The notes: generated by a model not told the origin, from the sequence alone. A stretch of 64,000 bases of DNA from Devosia sp. CN2-171 (GCF_049354815.1 NZ_CP186479.1:2997419-3061418); one strand, 5' to 3'. Shown: positions 21,201 to 31,380, numbered from the stretch's first letter. A program made the numbers and translations.

Positions 21201-21467
21201 AGGCTAACCTCTGGGGATCGGGCTATGCGGTTCGCCTTAGAGCAAAACCGCCGCGGTTGGAAGATGAGGGAACCAGCCGCTACGCCCGGCATTGGTCTGA
21301 AGCACGAGGAGAGCCTGATGACACACGACGCTCACGACAGCCATGGCGAGCATGCCCAGGCAACATTTCTCGGCTGGTGCGCCGTCGGCCTGCTGGTGTT
21401 CATGGGTGTGTTCACCCTCGGCGTCCTCGGCGCCGCGGCCATGTACGGCTTCAGCTAAGCGCGGAGC

Positions 21468-21502
21468 GCCTTCAGGAAAAGCTGCAGGCTTTTCCTGAAG
21501 GC
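21468..21502. terminator. perfect 15-bp inverted repeat hairpin (GCCTTCAGGAAAAGC-tgcag-GCTTTTCCTGAAGGC), putative bidirectional terminator 3' of hisB
   Basis: Read directly. The arms are exact reverse complements. Sits 16 bp beyond the hisB stop. Confidence 0.55.
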
Positions 21503-21517
21503 GCGACCAGTTAAGCC

Positions 21518-22105
21518 CTAGAGCGTGCCCTTGGTCGACGGGATCACGTCGGCGGTGCGCGGATCGATCTCCACGGCACTTCGCAATGCCCGGGCCAGCG
21601 CCTTGAAGGCGCTCTCGGCGATATGGTGGTTGTTGTCGCCGTAGAAGGTCTCGACATGGAGCGTGATGCCGGCATTCATGGCGAAGGCCTGGAACCACTC
21701 GCGGAAAAGCTCGGTGTCCATCTCACCCACCTTGTCGCGGGTGAACTCGACCTTCCAGACAAGGAACGGCCGCCCCGACACATCGAGCGCGACGCGGGTC
21801 AGTGTGCCGTCCATCGGCAGGTCCGACGAGGCATAGCGGCGGATGCCCTTCTTGTCGCCGAGCGCTTTCTTCACGGCTTCGCCCAGCGCGATCCCGACAT
21901 CCTCGGCCGTGTGGTGGAAGTCGATATGGAGGTCGCCCTTGGCGCGTACGGTCATGTCGATCAGCGAGTGCTTGCTCAGCTGGTCCAGCATGTGGTCGAG
22001 GAAACCGATGCCGGTCTGCATATCGTGCTTGCCGGTACCGTCGAGGTTCACCGAGACGGTGATCTCGGTCTCATTGGTCTTGCGGGCGATTTCAGCGGTA
22101 CGCAT
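21518..22105 (-). CDS. hisB: imidazoleglycerol-phosphate dehydratase
   Basis: Characteristic IGPD N-terminal sequence ([23 protein letters not shown]...), 195 aa. Confidence 0.93.
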   Translation of the reverse strand: MRTAEIARKTNETEITVSVNLDGTGKHDMQTGIGFLDHMLDQLSKHSLIDMTVRAKGDLHIDFHHTAEDVGIALGEAVKKALGDKKGIRRYASSDLPMDGTLTRVALDVSGRPFLVWKVEFTRDKVGEMDTELFREWFQAFAMNAGITLHVETFYGDNNHHIAESAFKALARALRSAVEIDPRTADVIPSTKGTL

Positions 22106-22280
22106 GGCAGAATTTCCGGTTGTCGCGGCGGCTCTAGCAGATAGCGCCGGAGCGGTGAAGATGCGGTGAAGGCCCGCTCTCCCTCGGTAACCTCCGGGGA
22201 ACTACCCAACCGTCTAGCCCGGTTTGCATTCCCCCGCCCCGCGCCTAAATAAGGCGGAACAGTTCTGGAGTTATTTCCCC

Positions 22281-22838
22281 ATGTCGAAAGACAACGAGTT
22301 CCCCGGCTGGCACGGCACGACGATCGTCGCCGTCCGCAAGGGCAACAAGGTGGTGGTCGCCGGTGACGGACAGGTCTCGGTCGGCAACACCGTGATGAAG
22401 CACAATGCCAAGAAGGTCCGGCGCCTCGCCGACGGCAAGGTGATCGGCGGCTTCGCCGGCGCCACGGCCGACGCCTTCACGCTGTTCGAGCGGCTCGAAG
22501 CCAAGCTGATCCAGTACCCGGACCAGCTGATGCGCGCGTCCGTCGAACTCGCCAAGGACTGGCGCACCGATCGGTACCTGCGCCGCCTCGAAGCCATGAT
22601 GATCGTCGCCGACAAGGACACGACCCTGGTGCTCACCGGCACAGGTGACGTCCTCACCCCCGATCACGACACCATCGCCATCGGCTCGGGCGGCAACTAC
22701 GCCTACTCGGCCGCGCTGGCCTTGAGCGAAAATACCGATCTCGACGCCGAGGACATCGCGCGCAAGGCGATGAAGATCGCGGCCGAGGTCTGCATCTACA
22801 CCAACGAAAACGTCACGCTCGAGTCGATCGAGCGTTGA
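22281..22838 (+). CDS. hslV: ATP-dependent protease subunit HslV
   Basis: [22 protein letters not shown]... with catalytic Thr after processing (GTTIVA). Confidence 0.93.
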   Translation: MSKDNEFPGWHGTTIVAVRKGNKVVVAGDGQVSVGNTVMKHNAKKVRRLADGKVIGGFAGATADAFTLFERLEAKLIQYPDQLMRASVELAKDWRTDRYLRRLEAMMIVADKDTTLVLTGTGDVLTPDHDTIAIGSGGNYAYSAALALSENTDLDAEDIARKAMKIAAEVCIYTNENVTLESIER

Positions 22839-22839
22839 T

Positions 22840-23334
22840 GTGAGCTACACCGTCCGCCGCCTCAGCGCCGACGATTCCCTGGCCTATCGGACCATCCGGC
22901 TCGATGGGCTGGAGGATGCGCCGGCGGCGTTCGGTGCCTCTCTCGCGGAAGACACCGCGCTGCCTGACGAGGAGTGGAAGGCCCGGCTCACGCGGAATTT
23001 CGCCTATGGCGTCTTCGACGGCAGTGAACTTGGCGGCATCGCCGGGTTCTTCGCCGAAGGCGGCGCCAAAACCAGGCATCGCGGACACCTCGTCGGCGTC
23101 TATATGCGCCCGGCGTTCCGCGCTACCGGCGCGTCGCGGCTGCTGCTCGATGCAGTAATCGGCGCGGCCCGCGAGCACGTGCAGTTTCTCTACCTGCAGG
23201 TGACGCAAGCCAACACACCGGCCGTACGGCTCTATGAGCGCATGGGCTTTGTTGTCTACGGCAAGGACCCGGGCGGCCTGATGGTCGACGGGGTCATGCA
23301 CGAGGACTACCTGATGATGCTGCGCCTCGCGTGA
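22840..23334 (+). CDS. GNAT-family N-acetyltransferase
   Basis: Acetyl-CoA-binding region (RATGASRLLLDAVI, YLQVTQANTPAVRLYERMGF). GTG start immediately after the hslV stop. Confidence 0.7.
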   Translation: MSYTVRRLSADDSLAYRTIRLDGLEDAPAAFGASLAEDTALPDEEWKARLTRNFAYGVFDGSELGGIAGFFAEGGAKTRHRGHLVGVYMRPAFRATGASRLLLDAVIGAAREHVQFLYLQVTQANTPAVRLYERMGFVVYGKDPGGLMVDGVMHEDYLMMLRLA

Positions 23335-23356
23335 GGGCAGCGGAAAGTGATGATGA

Positions 23357-24667
23357 ATGAGTGACACCAATTTCTCCCCGCGCGAAATCGTCGCCGAACT
23401 CGACCGCTACATCGTCGGCCAGCACGATGCGAAGCGCGCCGTCGCCGTGGCGCTGCGCAATCGCTGGCGCCGCCAGCAGCTGCCGGAAGATCTCCGCGCC
23501 GAGGTGACGCCCAAGAACATCCTGATGATCGGGCCGACCGGCGTCGGCAAGACCGAGATTTCGCGTCGGCTGGCCAAGCTCGCCCAGGCGCCGTTCATCA
23601 AGGTCGAGGCCACCAAGTTCACCGAGGTCGGCTATGTCGGCCGCGATGTCGAGCAGATCGTGCGCGACCTAGTAGAGGCCGGCATTTCGCTCCTGCGCGA
23701 CAAGAAGCGCGCCGAAGTCCAGGCGCAGGCCCATCACAATGCCGAGGAGCGCGTCCTCGATGCGCTGGTCGGCTCATCCGCCTCCCCCTCGACCCGCGAC
23801 GCCTTCCGCGCAAAACTCCGCAACAACGAGCTCGACGACAAGGAAATCGAGGTCGAGATGCAGCCCTCGGGCAATTCCGGCGGCTTCGAGATTCCCGGCA
23901 TGCCGGGCGCCAATATCGGCGTCATCAACATCCAGGACATGCTCGGCAAGGCCTTTGGCGGCCGCGGCGTCAAGCGGAAGGTCAAGGTGAAGGACGCGCA
24001 CCAGCCGCTGATCGCCGAGGAAGCCGACAAGCTGCTCGACCAGGATGCGCTCAACAAGGAAGCCGTCGACCTCGTCGAGAACCACGGCATCGCCTTCATC
24101 GACGAGATCGACAAGATCGTGAATCGCGAGGGCGGCTACGGTGGTGGCGTCAGCCGCGAAGGCGTGCAGCGCGACCTGTTACCGCTGATCGAAGGCACGA
24201 CCGTTTCGACCAAGTACGGCCCGGTGAAGACCGACCACATCCTCTTCATCGCTTCGGGCGCCTTCCACGTTGCCAAGCCCTCGGACCTCCTGCCCGAGCT
24301 GCAGGGCCGCCTCCCCATCCGCGTCGAGCTCAAGGCGCTGACCCGCGACGACCTGGTGGGCATCCTCAACGACACCGACGCCAGCCTCATCAAGCAGTAT
24401 GTGGCGCTGATGAAGACCGAGGGCCTCACCCTCGATTTCACGCCGGACTCGATCGAGGCCATCGCCGATGCCGCGGTGCATGTGAACTCGACGGTCGAGA
24501 ACATCGGCGCCCGCCGCCTCGCCACCATCCTTGAGCGGCTGGTCGAGGACATCTCGTTCGATGCGCCGGACAAGTCAGGCGAGACAATTCGCATCGACAA
24601 GGCCTATGTCGACGACCGCATCGGCAAGATGGCGGCGGACACGGACCTGAGCCGGTTCGTGCTGTAG
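23357..24667 (+). CDS. hslU: ATP-dependent protease ATPase subunit HslU
   Basis: Walker A GPTGVGKT, sensor motifs, 436 aa. Confidence 0.95.
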   Translation: MSDTNFSPREIVAELDRYIVGQHDAKRAVAVALRNRWRRQQLPEDLRAEVTPKNILMIGPTGVGKTEISRRLAKLAQAPFIKVEATKFTEVGYVGRDVEQIVRDLVEAGISLLRDKKRAEVQAQAHHNAEERVLDALVGSSASPSTRDAFRAKLRNNELDDKEIEVEMQPSGNSGGFEIPGMPGANIGVINIQDMLGKAFGGRGVKRKVKVKDAHQPLIAEEADKLLDQDALNKEAVDLVENHGIAFIDEIDKIVNREGGYGGGVSREGVQRDLLPLIEGTTVSTKYGPVKTDHILFIASGAFHVAKPSDLLPELQGRLPIRVELKALTRDDLVGILNDTDASLIKQYVALMKTEGLTLDFTPDSIEAIADAAVHVNSTVENIGARRLATILERLVEDISFDAPDKSGETIRIDKAYVDDRIGKMAADTDLSRFVL

Positions 24668-24681
24668 ACTGACTGCGGCCG

Positions 24682-24804
24682 AGACGGCCCCCCCATCCTC
24701 CCCCCTAAAGGGGGAGGTGTCCCGCCGGTGTGTTTGGCACAAATCGAAGACCGAAACTCGACTCTTCACCTCCCCCTTTATGGGGAGGCCGGGAGGGGGC
24801 CGTC
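24682..24804. repeat. MITE/REP-like palindromic element, copy 2 (TIRs CCATCCTCCCCCC-taaa-GGGGGAGGTG / CACCTCCCCC-tttat-GGGGAGGCCGGGAGGGGG, flanked by GACGGCCCCC/GGGGGCCGTC)
   Basis: Same TIR family as 20072-20187. The internal about 45 bp is unrelated. Lies 15 bp after the hslU stop. Confidence 0.65.
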
Positions 24805-24879
24805 TGCGAATGGCTGCAACGCGATGCCGCAACCACCCACCAGCTTGTCGAAATCCTCCCCTTCGGCGATACCCATCGC

Positions 24880-26046
24880 ATGACCCTCTTCGCCGCCGCC
24901 CGCCCCGCCGTCCAGTCCCTGCAATCCTCCCTCATCCGCGACGTCGCCAATGCCGCGATGGGCCGGACCGACGTCCTCCCGTTCTGGTTCGGCGAATCCG
25001 ACCAGCCGACCCCGCAATTCATCCGCGAAGCCGCGATGGCCTCGCTCGGCAGCGGCGAGACCTTCTACTCGCAGAATCTCGGCCGGCCGTACCTGCGCGA
25101 AGCGATCGGCACCTACCTCACCAACCTTCACGGCACGCCGGTCGATGCCGGCCGCATCGCCGCGGTCGGGTCCGGCGTCTCCGGCCTGATGCTCGCCGCG
25201 CAGATGGTGGTCTCGCCCGGCGATCGTGTCGTCGCCGTCACGCCGCTCTGGCCCAATATCGTCGAGATCCCAAAGATCCTGGGCGCCACCGTCGACCGCG
25301 TCCCGCTCACCGTCGCCAACGGCAAGTGGTCGCTCGATCTCGACGGGCTGCTGGCCGCGCTGACCCCCGACACCCGCATGGTGATCATCAACTCACCGAA
25401 CAATCCGACCGGCTGGACCATCGAGGAAGCCGAGGTCGACGCGATCCTCAGCCATTGCCGCAAGCATGGCATCTGGATTCTCAGCGACGATGTATACGAG
25501 CGGCTGGTGCACGACCCTGCCCGCAAATCCGCGCCGTCGTTCCTCCGCCGCTATCAGCCGGGCGACCGGATCATCTCGGTCAACAGCTTCTCGAAGGCCT
25601 GGTCGATGACCGGCTGGCGCATCGGCTGGCTCGTCACGCCCGAGACGCTGACCAACGATCTCGGCAAGATCATCGAATACAACACCTCATGCATCCTCGA
25701 GCCGATCCAGCGCGCCGCCACCGCCGCCGTCACCCACGGCGAACCGGAAGTGGCAAAGCTCCGCGCCCACCTCACGGCAACGCGAAACCTCCTAGTCGAT
25801 GAGCTTCGGTCACTCCCGGGCGTGGTCGTGCCGGAGGCGGGCGGGGCGATGTATGTGTTCTTCCGCATCGAAGGCCAGGACGACACGCTGGCGCTGGCGA
25901 AGCGCCTCGTCGAGGAGGCGGGCCTCGGGCTTGCCCCGGGCGGTGCGTTCGGGCCGGAAGGTAATGGCTGGCTGCGCTGGTGCCACGCGACAGAACCGCA
26001 GAAACTCCACGAGGGGATCAGGCGCCTCCGCGCTTTTCTCAGCTGA
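24880..26046 (+). CDS. pyridoxal-phosphate-dependent aminotransferase (class I, AspC-like)
   Basis: SFSKAWSMTGWRIGW PLP-lysine motif region. About 388 aa from ATG 24880. Confidence 0.82.
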   Translation: MTLFAAARPAVQSLQSSLIRDVANAAMGRTDVLPFWFGESDQPTPQFIREAAMASLGSGETFYSQNLGRPYLREAIGTYLTNLHGTPVDAGRIAAVGSGVSGLMLAAQMVVSPGDRVVAVTPLWPNIVEIPKILGATVDRVPLTVANGKWSLDLDGLLAALTPDTRMVIINSPNNPTGWTIEEAEVDAILSHCRKHGIWILSDDVYERLVHDPARKSAPSFLRRYQPGDRIISVNSFSKAWSMTGWRIGWLVTPETLTNDLGKIIEYNTSCILEPIQRAATAAVTHGEPEVAKLRAHLTATRNLLVDELRSLPGVVVPEAGGAMYVFFRIEGQDDTLALAKRLVEEAGLGLAPGGAFGPEGNGWLRWCHATEPQKLHEGIRRLRAFLS

Positions 26047-26050
26047 GGGT

Positions 26051-26066
26051 TGTTCCACGTGAATCC
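26051..26066. promoter_or_regulatory. parS-like site TGTTCCACGTGAATCC (14/16)
   Basis: In the 30-bp gap between the convergent aminotransferase and GGDEF-EAL genes. Confidence 0.7.
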
Positions 26067-26076
26067 GCGGAACAGC

Positions 26077-28026
26077 TCACGTCCCGCGCATCGCTCCCGT
26101 GGCCCGGCGCTCGGGCCCGCGGCGCGGGGCTGCCGGCGCGGCATCCGACATGCGCAGCAACCGATGCACCGCCTCGCGCGGCATCGGGTTGGCGATGAGG
26201 AACCCCTGCGCTTCGGCAAAGCCCATGTCGCAGACCCGATCGAGCTGCGCCGCGGTCTCGATCCCCTCGACCGTGGTGCGTATGCCCATGCGGCGGCCGA
26301 TATCGGCGACGGCGCCCAGAACGATCGCAGCCCGGCTGCCGTCGTCGCCAGCAACGAACGGCCCGCCGATCTTGAGCTTGTCGAAGGGGAAATCGAGCAG
26401 GTAGCTCAGCGCCGAGAAGCCGGTGCCGAAATCGTCCAGCGCGATCCCCAGGCCAAGTCCGCGCAGCTGTTTGAGGATCTCGATGTTGGTGCCCGTGGCG
26501 GCGAGCAACGCGCTCTCGGTGATTTCGAGCTCGACACGCTCATGGGCGATGCCGCTCGCGGCCAGCGCGTCGACCACCACGCCGACGAGATTGCCACGTT
26601 CGAACTGCACAGGTGACACATTGATGGCGATGCGCTGCCCACTGGGCCATTGCGCCGCCTCGGCCAGCGCTTCGTGGATCGCCCATTCGCCGATCGGGGC
26701 GATAAGGCCCAACTCTTCGGCCAGCGGGATGAAATCGGCCGGCAGGATCATGCCGGCGGTCGGATGGTGCCAGCGTAGCAGCGCCTCGAAGCCGGTGATG
26801 GTGCGCGAGGTGAGGTCGAGCACCGGCTGGTAGTGCAGCTCCAGCTCGTCGCCCGCCAGCGCATGCCGCAGGTCGCGCTCCAGCCGGCTGCGGTCGGAAA
26901 TAGCGCCGGCGAGATCTGGGGCAAAGAAGCGCTGCCCGCCGCGCCGCCCGCGCTTGATCGAATAGAGCGCGAGGTCGCCGTTCTGCAGCAGCCGATCCGG
27001 ACCGCCGCCGTCGCGCGGCGCCATGGCGATGCCGATGCTGACCCCGACCAGCACCGCATGCGCGTCGATCTCGAAGGGCCGGCGGATTTCCTCGAGGATC
27101 TGCTTGGCCAGCGCCGTTGCACTGTCATCGGTGGCGCCCGGCAGCAGAACAGCGAACTCGTCGCCACCCATACGGCCCACAGTGCCGCCGTCGCCGAGGC
27201 AATGGCGCAGCCGCGCCGCGACCTGGCGCAACAGGTTGTCGCCGGCCGCATGGCCCATGGAATCGTTGATCGCCTTGAAGCCGTCGAGATCGAGGCAAAG
27301 CACGGCAAAGCTGCCGCCCGGCGGCAGCGTTTCGAAGGCGAGGCCGAGGCGCTGGTAGAACAGGTTGCGGTTGGGCAGCTCGGTCAGCGGGTCGTGATAG
27401 GCTTGGAAGGCGAGCTCGGCCTGCATGTTGTGGAGTTCGGTGATGTCCTTGTGCATCGTCACCCAGCCGCCATCCGGCATGGCGCGGTGGCTGACCGAGA
27501 CGACGCGGCCATTGTTGAGATGGTGCGTCGCCGATGAGCTCAATCCATCGCGTGCCGCCGCCAGCCGCTCCTCGAGATAGGCCTTGGGATCGTTGCCGGC
27601 CGAGGTCCCGGCGACGATGCGGGCCTTGATGATGGCGGTGAGCGAGGTGCCGCGCCGGCCGAAACGGCGCGGCAGGCTGTACATTTCGAGATACTGCTGG
27701 TTGCACACCACGAGGCGCTCGTGCCTGTCGAACATGGCGAGGCCTTGCGCCATGTTCTCCAGCGCGGTGGCGAACCGGGTGTTCTGGGTCCGCAGCCGCT
27801 CCTGGCTGAGCCGCAGCTTGCCGGTTTGCCTCTTGATCTCGGCCTGCAGCCCGACCTGGAACTCCATCAGCTCGCCGACCATCAGCTCGATCGAGCGGTC
27901 GGTGCGGGCGCGATCCTGCTCGACTTCCTCATAGGCGGCTGCGACCAGCCGTCCGAGGGTGTCGAGGTCGACATGGCCGGTGTCGTCAGTGGCTTTTTCG
28001 AGCTGCCGGTCGAACAGTTTACGCAC
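26077..28026 (-). CDS. PAS-GGDEF-EAL cyclic-di-GMP signalling protein
   Basis: A GGDEF motif (RMGGDEFAVLL) and an EAL domain (ELEITES, DDFGTGFSAL) are present. 649 aa. Confidence 0.85.
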   Translation of the reverse strand: MRKLFDRQLEKATDDTGHVDLDTLGRLVAAAYEEVEQDRARTDRSIELMVGELMEFQVGLQAEIKRQTGKLRLSQERLRTQNTRFATALENMAQGLAMFDRHERLVVCNQQYLEMYSLPRRFGRRGTSLTAIIKARIVAGTSAGNDPKAYLEERLAAARDGLSSSATHHLNNGRVVSVSHRAMPDGGWVTMHKDITELHNMQAELAFQAYHDPLTELPNRNLFYQRLGLAFETLPPGGSFAVLCLDLDGFKAINDSMGHAAGDNLLRQVAARLRHCLGDGGTVGRMGGDEFAVLLPGATDDSATALAKQILEEIRRPFEIDAHAVLVGVSIGIAMAPRDGGGPDRLLQNGDLALYSIKRGRRGGQRFFAPDLAGAISDRSRLERDLRHALAGDELELHYQPVLDLTSRTITGFEALLRWHHPTAGMILPADFIPLAEELGLIAPIGEWAIHEALAEAAQWPSGQRIAINVSPVQFERGNLVGVVVDALAASGIAHERVELEITESALLAATGTNIEILKQLRGLGLGIALDDFGTGFSALSYLLDFPFDKLKIGGPFVAGDDGSRAAIVLGAVADIGRRMGIRTTVEGIETAAQLDRVCDMGFAEAQGFLIANPMPREAVHRLLRMSDAAPAAPRRGPERRATGAMRGT

Positions 28027-28029
28027 GCG

Positions 28030-29181
28030 TCAGGCCGCCTGTTCCGTCAGCAAGGTCACGGTCATGGTCTGGTTATGCAGCTGGCAGAAGCCCGACTGCT
28101 CATGCGGGGAGATCTCGCCATAGGAGTAGAACCCGACCGGCAGGCAGTTGGGCCCGAGCTCGGCAGCCGCCGCCTCCAGCTCCTCGTCAATGCGCTGGCC
28201 CATGAGCAGGCGTCGGCCGATGCAGCTGACGAGGATGGCGACGCTCTGCGCATCCGGTCCAGGCGCGGCCCGTTCCACGGCACGATGCGTTGCTTCGGCG
28301 GCACCGGCGCATAGCCTATCGAAGCTGCCGCGCATCAGCTGGGCCGACCAGCCCTCCGGCATGTCGCCAGCAAAGGTCATGGAGCCGACGACATGGTCGA
28401 CGCCCAGGATGGTACGCACGACGCTTTGGTCGGGGTGTTTGGGATCGAAGATGCGCATGGGAAACAGCAGGGCTGAGCCCGGCAGCTTCTGACTTTCCTC
28501 GGGGCCCAGATAGAGCTTGTAGAGATCGAGGGCCGGCTTGCCGTCGACCTCGAACAGGACGTTGCCGGCCGAGCGCGTGATTTGCCGCAGAGGGCCGAAT
28601 ACGTTCCAGCCGCCAGCGCTACCATGCCCGATCCGGATAGCGTCGCCGTAGAAGCCAACCGCCGCGATGGTGTTGGGCTCGGGCGGCGCGTCGCAGCCGA
28701 CAATGGTCTGGGCGAAATCGGGGCCGTCGCCGGCAAGGCCGCCGCTCACCGGGACGGACGCTCCGATCCGGCTGGCAATACCTTCGACCAGCGCGCTGCC
28801 GTTAACTCCCAAGCCGTCGGAGAGAACGAAGATGCCGGCCAGATCCTTGTCGTTGAGTTCGGCCCCGAGGGTTGCGCCGACGCTCCTCGAGTCGGTGGGG
28901 CGAGCGATGCGAGCGCTCGCGACCCGCACCCTGGTGCTGGAGAAGTCCAAGGCGACAGCCGAGACGACATCATCGCTGACATCGGTGCCGGTGACTTGCC
29001 CGCCGGTCGAGCAGCCGAGTACGTGCGCGCGCGGAAAGCGCTCCCGCAACTGCTCGTAGGGTGCACCGTCGGCAAGCATCTGCCGGCGGCCGAAGTAGAA
29101 AACAAGCCCTGCATCGGCGGGCGCGCCGTCGGTGCCCGACCAGTGGCCTGCCTTGTCCCAGAACATCTGCGCCGCGCGCAT
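28030..29181 (-). CDS. FIST-domain sensor protein (FIST_N/FIST_C)
   Basis: 383 aa. Immediately upstream of the GGDEF-EAL gene on the same strand with a 3-bp gap. Confidence 0.65.
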   Translation of the reverse strand: MRAAQMFWDKAGHWSGTDGAPADAGLVFYFGRRQMLADGAPYEQLRERFPRAHVLGCSTGGQVTGTDVSDDVVSAVALDFSSTRVRVASARIARPTDSRSVGATLGAELNDKDLAGIFVLSDGLGVNGSALVEGIASRIGASVPVSGGLAGDGPDFAQTIVGCDAPPEPNTIAAVGFYGDAIRIGHGSAGGWNVFGPLRQITRSAGNVLFEVDGKPALDLYKLYLGPEESQKLPGSALLFPMRIFDPKHPDQSVVRTILGVDHVVGSMTFAGDMPEGWSAQLMRGSFDRLCAGAAEATHRAVERAAPGPDAQSVAILVSCIGRRLLMGQRIDEELEAAAAELGPNCLPVGFYSYGEISPHEQSGFCQLHNQTMTVTLLTEQAA

Positions 29182-29373
29182 CGGTCCCTCCCACTATCCG
29201 GCCTCACCACCAAATTGTGACAGAACAAACCTTAACGCTTCAACGTAGAGTCCTCGCCAGTTTGCTTGCAAGGCATCGCCCGCAACTACGTATGCCGCCG
29301 TTTACGGTGCCGCGACGATTTGCCGACACGAACATGCCGGCGGCAACACGCCGCTCCGCGCCCTCCCCGGGCA

Positions 29374-30345
29374 CTAACCGTTCGGCGCACCGAACCGGGC
29401 TTCGCGCTCAGCTAGCCCCTCGGCGAGCCGGCTGCGCAGGTCCACCATCCAGTACGGCTCGTCGGCAAAGGTTTCGGCCAGCGAGCGGCGCACCCGGGCG
29501 TACCAGTAGAGATCGGCGAAGCGTCGGCAAATGCCCCGTGCGCGGTCGAGATCGGGTGGCAGGGGCCGTGCCGAAGCGTAGCCGGCGAGAAATGCCGCCT
29601 CGCCGGCGTCGGCCCGCTCCGGATCGATCTCCTCGCGAACGCTCGCCACCGCCTGCTCAATGTCCATGGCGAACCAGTGGTACATCGCATCGTCGAAATC
29701 GATGGCATGGCAGCGGCCGGACGCGGCATCGAAGAAGACATTGTCACACTCGAGATCGTAGTGGCAGAGCCCGTAGGCGTCGGCGTCCCGCGGCAGTGCC
29801 GCCAGCGCGCCGGCCACCAGCTTCGCTTCGGCCCGAGCAGCGTCGGTCTCGAACCACGGCGCCATCCAGTCGAGCGCCTCGACATGGGACCAGCGCTGCG
29901 TGCCGGGTGGAGCGTAGTCGCGCGACAGCGTGTGCAACTCCGCCAATGCACGCCCATGCGCTGCGACGATCTCGTCTGCGAGGCCAGTCCGACCGAGCTG
30001 CTGGCCGGGAACCCGGCGAAATGCGGTGGCGACGAACGGTCCCCATTCGGTCTCGGACACAACCATCTGTTCGCCGCTGCGGCTGCTTATCGCCTCGGGT
30101 GCGCCAAAGCCGCGATCGCGCAGGTAGGCGATGAAGGCGAGTTCCGCCGCCACACTCTGCGGATCCTTCTCGGCCTGTGGCGCGAAGCGCAGGAAGTGCG
30201 GTTCGCCGCCGCGGAGGAAGACATAGATGGCGTTGGATGAAATCCGGTACCAGGGAAAGGGCTCCGGGTCGGGCACCCACTCGGCCGCCAGCGTTTCGGC
30301 CAGCGCGCGATTGTCGAACAGGTGTCTGAGCTTGAGCATCACGCC
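29374..30345 (-). CDS. aminoglycoside/choline-kinase-like phosphotransferase (APH family fold)
   Basis: Catalytic HYDLECDNVFFD (HxDxxxxN) and DFDDAMYH (DFD) motifs. Start at MLKLRHLF. The longer upstream ORF extension is spurious. Confidence 0.7.
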   Translation of the reverse strand, partial: GVMLKLRHLFDNRALAETLAAEWVPDPEPFPWYRISSNAIYVFLRGGEPHFLRFAPQAEKDPQSVAAELAFIAYLRDRGFGAPEAISSRSGEQMVVSETEWGPFVATAFRRVPGQQLGRTGLADEIVAAHGRALAELHTLSRDYAPPGTQRWSHVEALDWMAPWFETDAARAEAKLVAGALAALPRDADAYGLCHYDLECDNVFFDAASGRCHAIDFDDAMYHWFAMDIEQAVASVREEIDPERADAGEAAFLAGYASARPLPPDLDRARGICRRFADLYWYARVRRSLAETFADEPYWMVDLRSRLAEGLAEREARFGAPNG

Positions 30346-30462
30346 CCCCAGGGCAGGCATAGGGCATGCCGGCCATCGGATTGCCAAGAGTTTAGGTTTT
30401 CCCGGTTGCGCAAACTCCCGGCCTCGCCCATGTGAGGCGAACTTTCGAACCCCCCGAGAACG

Positions 30463-31359
30463 ATGCCCACGAACACCCCGCGCCGCGCCCTCATGCTGGT
30501 CAATCCGAACGCCCGCCGCGGCACGGCAGCGCTCGAACCGGTGATCGACCGCCTGAAGGCGGGCGACATCGAGGTCAGCATCGAGCGCTTCGATTCGCCG
30601 GACGAAGTCAGCGCCGACATCATCCGGCGCGGCGGAGAATTCGATCTCGTCATCGTCTGCGGCGGTGACGGCACGCTCAACTCGGCGGCGCGCGGCGTGC
30701 TCGCAACCGGGTTGCCCATGGGTATCCTGCCGATGGGCACGGCCAACGACCTCGCCCGGACGCTGGAGATCTCCGACAACTTGCTGCTGGCCGCGGACGT
30801 GATCATTGCCGGCAAGACGCGGCGGGTCGACCTCGGCGAAGTGAACGAGCACCCGTTCTTCAATGTCGCCAGCATCGGGCTCAGCGTCGCGCTCGCCAAC
30901 GGACTGAGCCGCGAAGCCAAGCGCCGCTGGGGTAAGCTCGGCTACGCACTCGCCGCGCTCAAGGTCCTCGCCCGCGCCAAGCCGTTCAAGGCGACGATCA
31001 TCTCCGCCCGCGGCGAGGAGAAGGTGAAGACGCTGCAGATCGCCGTCGGCAACGGCCGGCACTATGGCGGCGGCACGGTGATCGAGGCTAATGCCGCGAT
31101 CGACGACGGCCATCTCGATCTCTACAGCCTCGAGCAGGATAATGTGTTCAAGCTCTTGCTGCTGTTCGGCCACTTCCGCCGCGGCACCCACGGCGCCTGG
31201 GAAGAGGTGCGCACCGACAAATCGGTGGAGTTCGACATCCGCACCAGGGAGCCGATGGCGGTCAACACCGATGGCGACATCGTCACTTCGACGCCGGCAC
31301 ATTTCCTGATCCGCCCCGCCGCGATCGAAGTGTTCGCGCCGGTGCCGGCCGGCAGCTGA
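30463..31359 (+). CDS. YegS/BmrU-like lipid kinase (diacylglycerol-kinase catalytic domain)
   Basis: The DAGK_cat-type GGDGT motif is present. 298 aa. Confidence 0.8.
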   Translation: MPTNTPRRALMLVNPNARRGTAALEPVIDRLKAGDIEVSIERFDSPDEVSADIIRRGGEFDLVIVCGGDGTLNSAARGVLATGLPMGILPMGTANDLARTLEISDNLLLAADVIIAGKTRRVDLGEVNEHPFFNVASIGLSVALANGLSREAKRRWGKLGYALAALKVLARAKPFKATIISARGEEKVKTLQIAVGNGRHYGGGTVIEANAAIDDGHLDLYSLEQDNVFKLLLLFGHFRRGTHGAWEEVRTDKSVEFDIRTREPMAVNTDGDIVTSTPAHFLIRPAAIEVFAPVPAGS

Positions 31360-31364
31360 CCCAC

Positions 31365-31380
31365 CGTTTCACGTGAATCC
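31365..31380. promoter_or_regulatory. parS-like site CGTTTCACGTGAATCC (13/16)
   Basis: Between the convergent lipid-kinase and SPFH genes. Confidence 0.65.

Noticed and set aside
21225-21458. A 77-aa ORF (or a 46-aa internal start, MTHDAHDSHGEHAQ... plus one TM helix) between the DUF2628 gene and hisB.
   Set aside because: It is too short, has no recognisable family and has several possible starts. It could be a real small membrane protein but cannot be supported from sequence alone. It is mentioned only as a candidate for ribosome-profiling checks.
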